Origin: Psammoneis japonica
Taxonomy: Eukaryota
Length of the DNA stretch: 64,000 bases
Direction: 5' to 3'
NCBI GenBank assembly: GCA_008632985.1
Contig: QPGO01000003.1
Coordinates: 186,001-250,000, forward strand
Shown here: piece by piece, positions 1 through 10,017 of the stretch
Layout: each line of letters opens with the position of its first letter
Position numbering within the stretch: position 1 is the first letter of the stretch
Program-made: the position numbers and the translations under genes
Notes under the pieces: generated by a model
Database searches by the model: none
The model's input: only the letters and a program-made list of their open reading frames with translations
What the model was told of the DNA's origin: nothing

Positions 1-668
1 CCACAAACGGCGACGGTTTGATTGCAAAAAACGCTCGGCGACTTGTACTCGGAGGAATGAATAATCTTCTCTTGATTGGGCGTAATCTCGGCTTTTGATG
101 TTGTGTCAGTAGTATCATTGGTATTCATGAGTGGCAGTCGTAGTAATCCTTCTGGCATGACTGGGGTGGAAAAGAATCCCGTAGCTACAATGACTCCATC
201 AAATTCCTCCGATTTCGTTACACCGTCTGGCTCTGCCCATTCCACTTGATATCGTCGTTGCTGAAACAATCCATCCTTATTCTCATTCTCCTTCGTATTG
301 CTACTACTTTTTTGTTTTATATTTGTCACTGTACATCCATATCGAAACCATGTTGGATCTAGAAACGCACTTGCATAGGATTCCAAATACCGGTGCATGT
401 CGTTGCGTGACACAAACGCCGCCGTCGGACTACTACTCTCTTGATGAGACCATGGTAATTCGGAAAAACAACACGTATATTTGGAAAGGTTGGGTGTCAA
501 ATTGTCCCACATTTTTCCTGACGAAACATTCCAAGCTCCACCCAAACCACTTTGTAGTTTATTAGCATGACATTCAAACACACAGGGTTGGAGACCACAT
601 TTTGCCAAGTGCCGACTTGCAACGAGACCCGCCGCTCCTGCTCCAATCACTGCCACTACAACTGTCAT
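1..668 (-). CDS. Flavin-containing monooxygenase (FMO family), 3' end runs off the window
   Basis: Hand translation from the ATG at 668: MTVVVAVIGAGAAGLVASRHL (GxGxxG FAD motif), GLGGAW, NLSKYTCCFSELPW, FVSRNDMHRYLESYA, FDGVIVATGFFSTP, IIHSSEYKSP (FMO signature region), TVAVC. It is absent from the ORF track because there is no stop inside the window. Confidence 0.9.
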   Translation of the reverse strand, partial: MTVVVAVIGAGAAGLVASRHLAKCGLQPCVFECHANKLQSGLGGAWNVSSGKMWDNLTPNLSKYTCCFSELPWSHQESSSPTAAFVSRNDMHRYLESYASAFLDPTWFRYGCTVTNIKQKSSSNTKENENKDGLFQQRRYQVEWAEPDGVTKSEEFDGVIVATGFFSTPVMPEGLLRLPLMNTNDTTDTTSKAEITPNQEKIIHSSEYKSPSVFCNQTVAVC

Positions 669-829
669 TATAGTATTTTTGCAATGGATATACAATGTCT
701 CAACAAGGAGCTCAACGAAGATTCAAAGATGAGTTTGTTAGATCTCAGATACGATCTGACAATAGTTTGGAAGATGTCCAGACTGCGGGACTCATTCAGT
801 CACGTGTGGGCATTGTTCCTCAAAACACC

Positions 830-2290
830 ACACACCACGAGAATCAGAGTGGCTTTTCAGACTGTTGCCAATGCCTTCAACAAAACCAATGCTGTTGTCA
901 TTTGGAATGAACATGCATTGCTTGTTTGATGGTTGGCAATCGGCGAATCGTTGCAGGAGCGCACTGCTTCGTCATGTGTCAAGAAGGAGCAGCCTTGCAT
1001 CTCAAGCAGGGCTTGCTGTTGCAATTGCACCATCTCAAGTGCTGTTGTGCTGAGGCACCTCACACACCTGGCTTGTTGGCCCAGACTCTCTCCTTTCAGC
1101 ACACCTTGTGATGTCACTTTGCGTTGTCATCATGTCTGAGCTCCTCTGCCATGCCGCACATTCTTGCGACCCCAAAAAAGGCACCTGCCATGTGCTTCTT
1201 GCACTCTGGCTGTTGCACATGTGCACCTGGTGGCCAACCTGAGGCAAGCATCCTCTGCACTGTTTTTTTCTTCACAATTGCTGCTGCTGCAAAATCTGAT
1301 GCTGTGGTCCAAAATGAGCATCTGTGCTTTTCTTCATGAACTGCTGGCTGCTGCTGCAGAATCTGATGCTGTGCAACAAGTCAGCCATCAATGAAAATGA
1401 CCACTGCAGCAGCTCTGCAGCTTCCACCTTCTCTGCTTGCCTTGCAAGCTGCAAATCCATCACTTGAATGCAGACTTAAAATGCAATGCCACCAGCATGC
1501 TGCAATTTTTGTTTCTTCCTTTGGTGCCCCTCTCTTCCTCCAATGCCTCATTGGTGCTGGTGCTGTCCACAGGCTTCCTGGAACAAGCACTTGATTGCAC
1601 AGGGTTCTTGCACTCCCATTTGGTGTAAGGCATGCTGTCAGATGCCTGTTTGCCCCAAAAACAAAGTGCTTGCAGAGCTCTTGGCAAGTTGCTTGTGTGT
1701 TTGCTGACCACCTCTGCTCATTTTTCCACCACCTTTTCCAAGTGCTCCATTGCTGTTTTTTTTTGTTGATGTTTCCCTCAGGCTTCCACATGTGTTTGCC
1801 CATCTCCAAAAGAATTCGGAACACTGTGTTAGAACTCTTGTCACTGGCTGTGTCTTTTGCAAGAGATGCTGATCTTTGTGGAGGTCTTCCCACAGGTTTG
1901 CAGATGTGTTGTTGCACCTGGGTGTTGCCTCCACCTCACTTGCATCTTGTTTGTCTGTGCTGGCCTTGTTGCTCTGTCTGCCCCACTGTTTGTGTCTTGG
2001 TGATGGTTTTTCTTGTTCGTTTGGATTGCATGCCCTCTTTTTCGAATTTTCATGCTGCTCTCCTGTTGCTCCCATTTTCCCAGAGAGAGCTGTGAACTTG
2101 CACACATTTGTTGCTCTGACGGGGAGACATTGAGCTGACACACTGGCTTGGCAGGGCTGTCGAAGGATGTTGGCTGGGAACAAGGAACTCATGTGTGTCG
2201 ACTGTCGACGGCGTGATTGTTGGCAGCAAGAAAACAGGCATGACCAGACAGAATGCATGGAATTGGTGCATCTCATCACATGTTGTTGCT
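830..2290. other. TpA-depleted degenerate sequence, origin unrecognised
   Basis: Only a few TA dinucleotides (e.g. about 1477, 1626, 1830) in about 1.45 kb; TG/CA-rich; many overlapping Cys/His-rich spurious ORFs. Confidence 0.75.
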
Positions 2291-2579
2291 GTCAACAGGC
2301 TAGCGCTTCTGTTGCATTGGTGATTGGAGCTGCTGAAGAATCTTCAGTCATCAGTCATGATGCTTCTCGAGAACAGCGTTTGTTGGTAGATTCGGATTTT
2401 TGCTGTGCTCCTTATCTGCGGTTTTGTATATTCTTAAATGTTCCGTATCTTTTTTGTGCAATGATCGCGAACGCGAGCGAATCTTTTTCTCTTTGCTGCT
2501 TATTCTCATCATCATTCATCATACTATTCACCTACTACCTACTCTCTTATTTCTGATTCATACACAGAACAACAACACC

Positions 2580-4076
2580 ATGACAACCTCCGCACCGCCC
2601 ACGACGTGGAACACGAAAATCGTTTGCACGCTCGGACCGGCGTCATCCACAGATGAAACATTGGAGCAGATGATTGTTGCGGGGATGGACGTTTGTCGTT
2701 TGAATTTTAGCCACGGAGAGCATGCGTCCCACAAGGAAACCTTTGATCGGATTCGTCGCTTATCGGCCAAGTACGACAACCAAGTTGCCATTCTGTGTGA
2801 CGTCCAAGGACCCAAGATTCGAACGGGAAACATGGAAGCGCCCTTTGAAATTTACCGCGGAGACACGATTCGCGTTACTCCCGACGAGATTCTGGGCAAC
2901 AAGCAGCGCATCCAAATCAGTTACCAAACCATGCTGCAAGATCTTCATGTCGGTGATGTCATTTACATTAACGACGGCATCATCAAGCTCGTTGTGGTCG
3001 ATAAGGATGAGCCCGAGAACGATTTGATTTGTGTCTGCGAGGCTCCCGGCAGCATCTCTAACCACAAGGGATGCAACCTGCCCTCGGGAAACTTGTCCGT
3101 CAATGTGGTGACACCCAAGGATTACGCCGATCTCGAATTCATTGCCGGTTTGGATCCCGAGTACGTCGCCGCCTCCTTTGTCGGGTGTGCCGAGGACGTT
3201 CGACAAGTTCGGGCCCGTCTCGTGGAGTGCGGCAATCCCAACATCAAAATTATTTCCAAGGTGGAGCGTCCCGTGGCACTCGAAAACATTGACGAGATTA
3301 TTCAAGAAAGCGACGGCGTCATGGTGGCGCGGGGTGATTTGGGAGTCGAGATTGCTGCGTGGGACGTTCCCACGTGGCAAAAGAAAATTGTGGCCAAGAG
3401 CAACCGCGAGAGCAAGCCGGTGATTGTTGCGACTCAAATGCTCGAAAGCATGACGGAAAACTCCCGCCCGACGAGAGCCGAAGCCAGTGACGTGTACAAT
3501 GCGGTACTGGATGGAGCCGATGCCGTCATGCTCTCGGGCGAGTCGTCCGTCGGCAAGGACCCCGTCAATGCCGTCCGGACCATGGACAATATTGTCAGTG
3601 TCGCACAGGACCACATGCCCAAGCGCGATCCCAATGACTTTGATTCGTCCGTCCAAGCCGTCACAGAGACGCTTTGTCACGCGGCGTACTCGATTTCGAG
3701 TGAATTTATCGACATCAATTTCAAGGGAAAGATTGTCGTCATTACAAAGACGGGCAAAGCCGCGAGACTTATTAGCAAGTACCGGCCGGCGCTTCCCATG
3801 CTGGCCTTCTCCGAGTCCTTGCGTGCCGTCCGGGAATTGTCCTTGTCTTGGGGGGTTCGAGCGCACCATTTGCCGCAAATTCTAGGCCTTCCTTTGGAAG
3901 AACGGGCCCTCAGAGCCATTGAAACGGCCTGCCAGCTCCAGTACCTGAGTGCGGATGACACCAAAGTTTGTGTCTTATCGTCTTCCCTGTACAATTCGAA
4001 ATGCCAGGGGTTGGGATACTTCACAGGGGTCTATGACGTGTCGGAATTGGTAAAGGAAGGCCTCATTGACATCTGA
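2580..4076 (+). CDS. PK: Pyruvate kinase (498 aa, intronless)
   Basis: TKIVCTLGPAS, RLNFSHG, DVQGPKIRTG, IISKVE, DGVMVARGDLGVE, ATQMLESM, PTRAEASDVYNAVLDGADAVMLSGES; first ATG at 2580. Confidence 0.97.
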   Translation: MTTSAPPTTWNTKIVCTLGPASSTDETLEQMIVAGMDVCRLNFSHGEHASHKETFDRIRRLSAKYDNQVAILCDVQGPKIRTGNMEAPFEIYRGDTIRVTPDEILGNKQRIQISYQTMLQDLHVGDVIYINDGIIKLVVVDKDEPENDLICVCEAPGSISNHKGCNLPSGNLSVNVVTPKDYADLEFIAGLDPEYVAASFVGCAEDVRQVRARLVECGNPNIKIISKVERPVALENIDEIIQESDGVMVARGDLGVEIAAWDVPTWQKKIVAKSNRESKPVIVATQMLESMTENSRPTRAEASDVYNAVLDGADAVMLSGESSVGKDPVNAVRTMDNIVSVAQDHMPKRDPNDFDSSVQAVTETLCHAAYSISSEFIDINFKGKIVVITKTGKAARLISKYRPALPMLAFSESLRAVRELSLSWGVRAHHLPQILGLPLEERALRAIETACQLQYLSADDTKVCVLSSSLYNSKCQGLGYFTGVYDVSELVKEGLIDI

Positions 4077-4223
4077 ATCTCGAGTGTATCATATGAATTA
4101 AATTGTTGTTAGTTTCCGGCGGATGCATGATGCTCTAGTTTATTGTCGTCTTCGGCGTTAGTTTGTAGATTACGTTGTTTCATCTGATTTGGCAGGGAAA
4201 AAGAAGATACGTACCGGTAAGCC

Positions 4224-4400
4224 CTCTACTCTCTAGAGAGTAGCTAGCTAGTAGTAGGTGGCCAATTGCTGCGTCATCTCGCATTGGGTTATCAGGTTAT
4301 TATTTCCCGCAACCTTTTCTGAGATGGTCGTGCATCTTCTTGCTCTCCACTCTAACTCTAGAGCTAGAGAGAAGAGAGAGGGACACCTCTCTAGAGTGGA
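4224..4400. repeat. CTAG/TAG/GA-rich low-complexity tract
   Basis: ctctactctctagagagtagctagctagtagtag ... ctctaactctagagctagagagaagagagag. Confidence 0.7.
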
Positions 4401-4547
4401 GCAGGTGGGCCCCATCGGCAACTGCTCGCCACCGCCAGAGCAGACAGAGAGAGCGGCGGAGAGTCCAGTTGTAGAGAGCATGTCTCGCACTTGCGCTGTG
4501 CAGCCCATGACTCTCACAGAGCATCAGAGCAAGTTGCCAGAGTGCAA

Positions 4548-4650
4548 AACGTTTTGTGCCCTGAAATTGATCTTTTGCATGCCCAGGAGAGGGAGAAAAA
4601 AGTGCAAAGCCACATGGGTTGATCCAGAATGTCTTGCAACCATCCGCACC
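4548..4650 (+). repeat. About 100 bp dispersed repeat, TpA-mutated copy of 13571-13680
   Basis: tcttttgcatgcc...gagggaga...aaaaagtgcaaagccaca...gatccagaatgtcttgcaaccatc aligns with aaaaagtacaaagccaca...gatctagaatgttttgtaactatc. Confidence 0.85.
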
Positions 4651-4729
4651 GCATCATGTGTTTGCTCCAAGCCCAGCATGTCAAGTTGCAGAGCAAACCA
4701 CTTTGCCCATTTGGCAAAACAATTCCGCT

Positions 4730-5880
4730 GATCCATGTTCACATTTGCAAACATTGTCTCCCTCATTGTCCCTGCAGTGCCATTGACATTTACTTTCACA
4801 AGTGATTTTGCCACCACTTGCTTTTGTGCACAGACAACTGCCCCTGTCATGCTCACAGAAACCTCCACAGCTGTCGCCATCCAGTTCAATGCAGGCTGAA
4901 CATTGGGTTTTTGCGTGTTTGCACAAGAGGAAGTTTTTGCCATTGCAGCTTGCTCAGAGCAAATGATGTTTCCACCACGTGCCGCCTTGACTCTCACAGC
5001 AGCAATCACAGCTGCCTCCTTGAAAGCAAACAAAAGCTGAACATTCTGATTCAGCATCTTCGCACAAAAGGAACTCTTTGCCATTGTGGCTTCTGCAGGA
5101 TGGAGACTTTGTGCTGTGTTTTTGGGTGGAGGCAGGTGCCAGCTAGAATTTCCAACTGAGCAAGATCAAATGTTGTCTTTCAGTTCATTGCTGCATTTTG
5201 TTGGCCCTTTGCTCAAACAAGAATGACCTGCATTTGTTCTTGCCAAGATGCAGTGCCAGGCTTGCTTCACGCAAAAGCCATCACTGCTGTTGCCATTTAA
5301 TTTGACAGAAGCGGTGCACTCATTTTGGCTTTCATCTTCATCACATCAGAGGAAGCCATTTCCACATCCAGTGCCACACAGTGTCGAGGGTGTGAACGAC
5401 GTTGCTGGGCACTTGTTGCAAGCTGGCAGACAAGCCTCGCATCCAGACAGAGCAAAGCCTTCGGCATTCTTGCTGCACTCCGCAAGAGGACGGTTCAGCC
5501 TCCAGGTGTTTGCAATTTTTGTGACAAAGAAAAAAATGTCTTGCCCAATCTTTGTCATCTTGACATTCAATGCTGTCGGTTGCTTGGAGATTTTTGACGG
5601 AACAGGCATTGTTTTGTGCTGGTTTGCAGGATTTGGCACAGGATGAATCACAGAGTCAAAGTGGATGGTGCCGCCGTTTGTTTTGAGACTCTCGTGAAAC
5701 TGCATTTTCCACACAAGAGGGACAACCGTTGAAGGCGGATGCAGAGTTGTTCTTCTCATCCTGCCCAACAAGCTTGCACGGCGTGCCGGGATTCTTTGCA
5801 AAAAACTTGCACTTCATTTTTGAACCATTCTTCTTGCAGACCCACTCATCATTGTGACCCTTGTTTGTCCTGGTGATGGA
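4730..5880 (-). pseudogene. Degenerate tandem duplicate of the 3' Cys-rich part of the subtilisin gene (copy of about 5950-7240)
   Basis: ttgtttgtcctggtgatgg at both 5861 and 7222; WVCKKNGSKMKCKFFAKNP vs WVFKKNGSTKKCRFVAKNP; GCEACLPAC vs GYEACPVAC; broken by stops and frameshifts. Confidence 0.85.
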
Positions 5881-5949
5881 CCATTTGATCATTTCTAAAA
5901 GGAGCATCTGCAAATGTTGTCGTCTGCCCCGGCAGCGCTCTGGACGATT

Positions 5950-8900
5950 GGTTTCGCAAGTGATTTTGCGGCCGTTTTCTTGCGCAGAAAGACAGCTGCC
6001 CCCGTTGCACTCGCAGAAATGGTCAAAGGTGTCGCGGTCTAGTGCAACGCAGGCTGAACATGCGGTTTCCGTTTGTTCACACAAGAGGAAGTTTTTGCCA
6101 TTGTGGCTTGCACAGGATGAAGATTCCACCGAGCATGTGCAAATCTTATCTTTGGCTCTCTCTCTGCAAGCCTTTCCACTGTGGCACGTGATTTCACCAC
6201 CGTTTGTTTCAGCGGAAATACATGCACCGCCTTGACTCTTACAGCAGTCATCACAGCTGTCTCCTTCCAAGCAAAAACACAGGCTGAGCATTCTGTCTCC
6301 GTTTCCTCACACAAAAGGAAGTCTTTGCCATTGTGACTTCTACATGACAGAGGCTTCTTCGATGACGCCGGCGCCAGAGGAGCTGTGTTTTTGGGTGGAT
6401 GTGGTGGCGGGGGCTCAAGAGAACATCCATTCCAGCACAAGCAGACATTGTCTTTCAGTTTGTCACTGCACTTTGTTGGCCCTTTTTCCGTGCACGAATC
6501 ACCTGCATTTGCTCGTGCTGAGATGCAGCATCCGCCTTGCTTCGCACAAAAGTCATCGCAGCTGTCACCATTTAATTTCACAAAAACAGTGCATTCATTT
6601 TTGCTTTCATCTTCTTCACATGGGAGTGTGCCGTTCTCACATCCAGTGCCACACAGTGTCAACGGTGTGAACGACGTCACTGGGCACGCATTGCAAGCGA
6701 CCGGACAAGCCTCGTAGCCAGACAGAGTGAAGCCTTCCGCATTCTTGCCTGTTGCCCCGCAAGAGGACGGTTTTGCCTCCAGGCATTTGCAATCCTTTCG
6801 AATGAAGAAAAAACATCCCACCCAATCTTTGTCATCTTGACATTCAATGCCATCCGTTGTTGTGAGAGGTTTTGACGGAGCAGGCGTGGGTGATGCTGTT
6901 GGTGCAAGCGTTGGAGAATTTGTGGGTGTCGTTGCAGGCTCATTTGTCGGATGCGACGTAGGGTGAATCATTGGAGGTGGAGTCAAAGCGGATGGTGCCT
7001 CCGTTTGTTCTGAGACCCTCGTGAAACTGCATTTTCCACACGAGAGTGGACATCCGTCGAAGGCCGATACAGAGTTGTTCTTCTCATCTTGCCCGACAAG
7101 CTTGCACCGCGCGTCGGGATTCTTTGCCACAAACCTGCACTTCTTTGTAGAACCATTCTTCTTGAAGACCCAGTTGCCATCGTTGCTGCATTTGAAAGGT
7201 ACCTTTTCTGTGCTGTGAGCCTTGTTTGTCCTGGTGATGGTCGGGGTGTCAGTGGCAGATGTTGTTGGGCGTGACGTCGGCGCTCGGGATGATGGAGCGT
7301 GGGTCGGGCACTTGGTCGGGGCCGACGTTGCTGACATTGTAGGGCGTGACGACGGCTCTCGAAGTGATGGAGCGTGGGTCAGGTACTTGGTCGGGGCCAA
7401 CGTTGCTGTTCTTGTTGGTGCCGATGTTTCAATGACATCATTTGTCAAGCAAGTCCCACACGTCAGTGGACAGGCCTCGTAGCCACATGCATCATTTCCA
7501 AAAACGCATCTGTTCCGATTAGTTGGCACCGCGATTCAGATTTGATTTTAAATACCTGCATGGCTTGCTCACCCCGGCTTTCGTTGTAAAGATCCAGAGC
7601 TTATCATCGATACACTCGTCTTTTGGTGCGGGACGAAACTGCGTTCTTGTTTCTTCTCCCGACACCGTAGATAGTGTCGCTGACGTGGGTGTTGGCGACA
7701 TGGACGGCACAAAAGTCGCGGGTTCTCCCGAAGGTGCCGGCGAAGGAGAGGAAGATTCTTCAATTTTCAAACCAAACCTGACTTTGTCCATGGGCCCAAA
7801 ATTCCCACCTTTTTTCTCCAGTTTTCCGTCAAAGTAAACCGAGTAACGTCCTTCGCCATAGTTGCAACAGATACCGTCGTTCTCGCGGTCTCGAATGGTA
7901 AAGGTGTATCCGTCGACTGGCAAGCACAATCTGGTGATGATGGTCTTCTCACTCCGAAGCCCATAAGCAGATTCAATGACGTCGTTCTTGGAATTCGTTA
8001 GAATCCAAGACGTTTCCTCCCCCCACTTATCGGTCGTCAGATTAAACATAAAGACCTTATCTTCGCAAAGGAACTCCGTCGGTGAAGGTGTTGGAGGTTG
8101 GGTGTAAAGAGGATCTTGCTTGCAACCACCAAGCCCTCCATTCGAGAGTGGCTTTGGGGATTCGCCGCCGGCTGAACATCCATCGAGCTTCAACCGATCA
8201 TAGGCTTCCCTTGCTTGGACCATCCCAAATCCGGACTCTGTGTCGCAACCGGATTCTTGTATATCCTTAGCAGTTCGTATTAACGTTTCTGATTTGGTGG
8301 TTCGAGCATTCTTCAAAGTGAGACCACAACAAGGCAGCAATGCCAGCTACAAATGGCGTTGCCATGGAAGTGCCTTTTCTCCGAGAGAAACAACGGAGAA
8401 ACCAATGAGACCTAGTGCATAACGTTTAAAATTAACTCATTCATCTGCAGACTTACCACTCCAGCTATCATAGCCATACTCTGCCCCCCCAAACTTTGGC
8501 ACTGTAGAAACAATGTCGATTCCTGGTGCAGCAATCTCCACTTGATCGTTGTACTGAGAGAATTGTGCAACTGTTTCATCCGGTCCAGTTGCTGCTACCG
8601 ACATAACGGAAGGGAAAGATGCTTGAAAGGCGTATGATGTGTCGCCTGCATTCCCAGAAGCAGCAATCAATAAAACACCTTCGTCGTATGCGGTTTGGAA
8701 TGCATTGCGAGCTACGTCACTTGTTTCGTCTCCTCCAATACTCATACTTATCACCTTGGAACCGGCCGCGATACAACCTTTGAGTGCCTTCAAGACAAGG
8801 AATTCAGATCCATCACCCCGCGCGTCCAAAACTTTTGCAATATGGAAACTGAAGCCTGACATGTTTCGTAGAACACCCGCAACACCAATGTCGTTGTTTC

Positions 8901-9597
8901 CTAGCGCCCCAATTGTACCAAGACAATGTGTGCCGTGGCCATAATCATCCACCCTCCAATCACCAATCCCGGTTTTTGTTCCGGTCACGCCTTCAGTGGG
9001 AAGATCCGGATGTCCCAGAGCCATCCCACTGTCAATAATACAAATCGTCATATTTCCAGTTAGAGAAGCGCTCCTCGGAATGCCCCATATTTGATCCGCT
9101 TGCACCATTTTCATGCCATATCCGACATGTTCAAGCACGCGACGGCGTTGCTCTTCCGGTGCGAGTGGTTTCTTGGGACGCTTCTGCGGTTGCAGTGCAT
9201 GTACTTTGTGATTGAGCTCGACAAAATCAATATTAGCATCGTCCAACAAAGTTCTAATTGCTTCTCGGTCGTTCGTCTCGATCGACATAATGGGATGGTG
9301 GGGTAGTCTCTTGGATTTGACTCTCGACACCTTTCTCGCCAAAGACTTCCCTCTTCCATTTTTGTACTTTACGAACAATGATATTGCCTCGGTCAGTTCC
9401 TTGTCATCATCCGCGGCGATTCGAAGGATCTCATCGCTTCCCGCGGACTCTTTTAGCCACTTCTCTTTGCTCCTTTTTCTAAGCATCGACACGGGAGGAT
9501 CAGTCTCGCTTGAAGGCAATTGGCAATCTGCGACATGCAACATCACGAGTGATAGCACCGCTCCGATCCATGGTGTGCGGAGAAAGAAGAATGCCAT
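5950..9597 (-). CDS. Secreted subtilisin-like S8 serine protease with a DGICC-type beta domain, PT linkers, ShK-like and Cys-rich modules; frameshifted and 3'-degenerate (possible pseudogene)
   Basis: Signal peptide; catalytic motifs IIDSG, HGTHCLGTI and AASGN; GTSMATP is formed across an 83-bp GT-AG intron (8374-8456); TTDKWGEETSW...DGICCNYGEGRY; frameshifts near 8282, 7525 and 6270; 3' end uncertain. Confidence 0.85.
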
Positions 9598-10017
9598 GGG
9601 CGATTTAAAAAAATAGTTCCGTCAAATGAAGAGTAGAGATGAAGAACAGCGGATCTCTGTGTATCGCATCAAGAAAAAGGAGGAGGGCAAATATGAAAAA
9701 ATTGTGACTATCGAAATCTCAGAAGTGAGAAAATGTCCCATTTAGAATGACTTGAGCAGTGCCGGCCGAAAGAGCATCAGGCAGGTAGGCAGGGGCAATA
9801 ATTTGAAACTGTGACTCCTTTTTTCTATTATTTGTATCCGTGAGAGTCATCAACCACAGACACTTTGGACATCGAGAGGGTTACTGTAAATCCATTAACT
9901 GGTCGCTAACGACGGACCAAATTGCTCACATCATTGTGTGGCATGCTCTCACAGTTGTTTGATCAAATCTAGAAAAGCTTTGCCCATGCAGGCATTGAAA
10001 TGGGATCTCATTGACTC

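Noticed and set aside
2400..2579. N-terminal extension of pyruvate kinase in the ORF track
   Set aside because: Starts at a non-ATG codon in 5'UTR-like sequence; homology begins just after the ATG at 2580.
2760..3878. 372-aa antisense ORF over pyruvate kinase (similar ones over GH5 and OSCA)
   Set aside because: Shadow of codon bias on the coding strand; no motifs.
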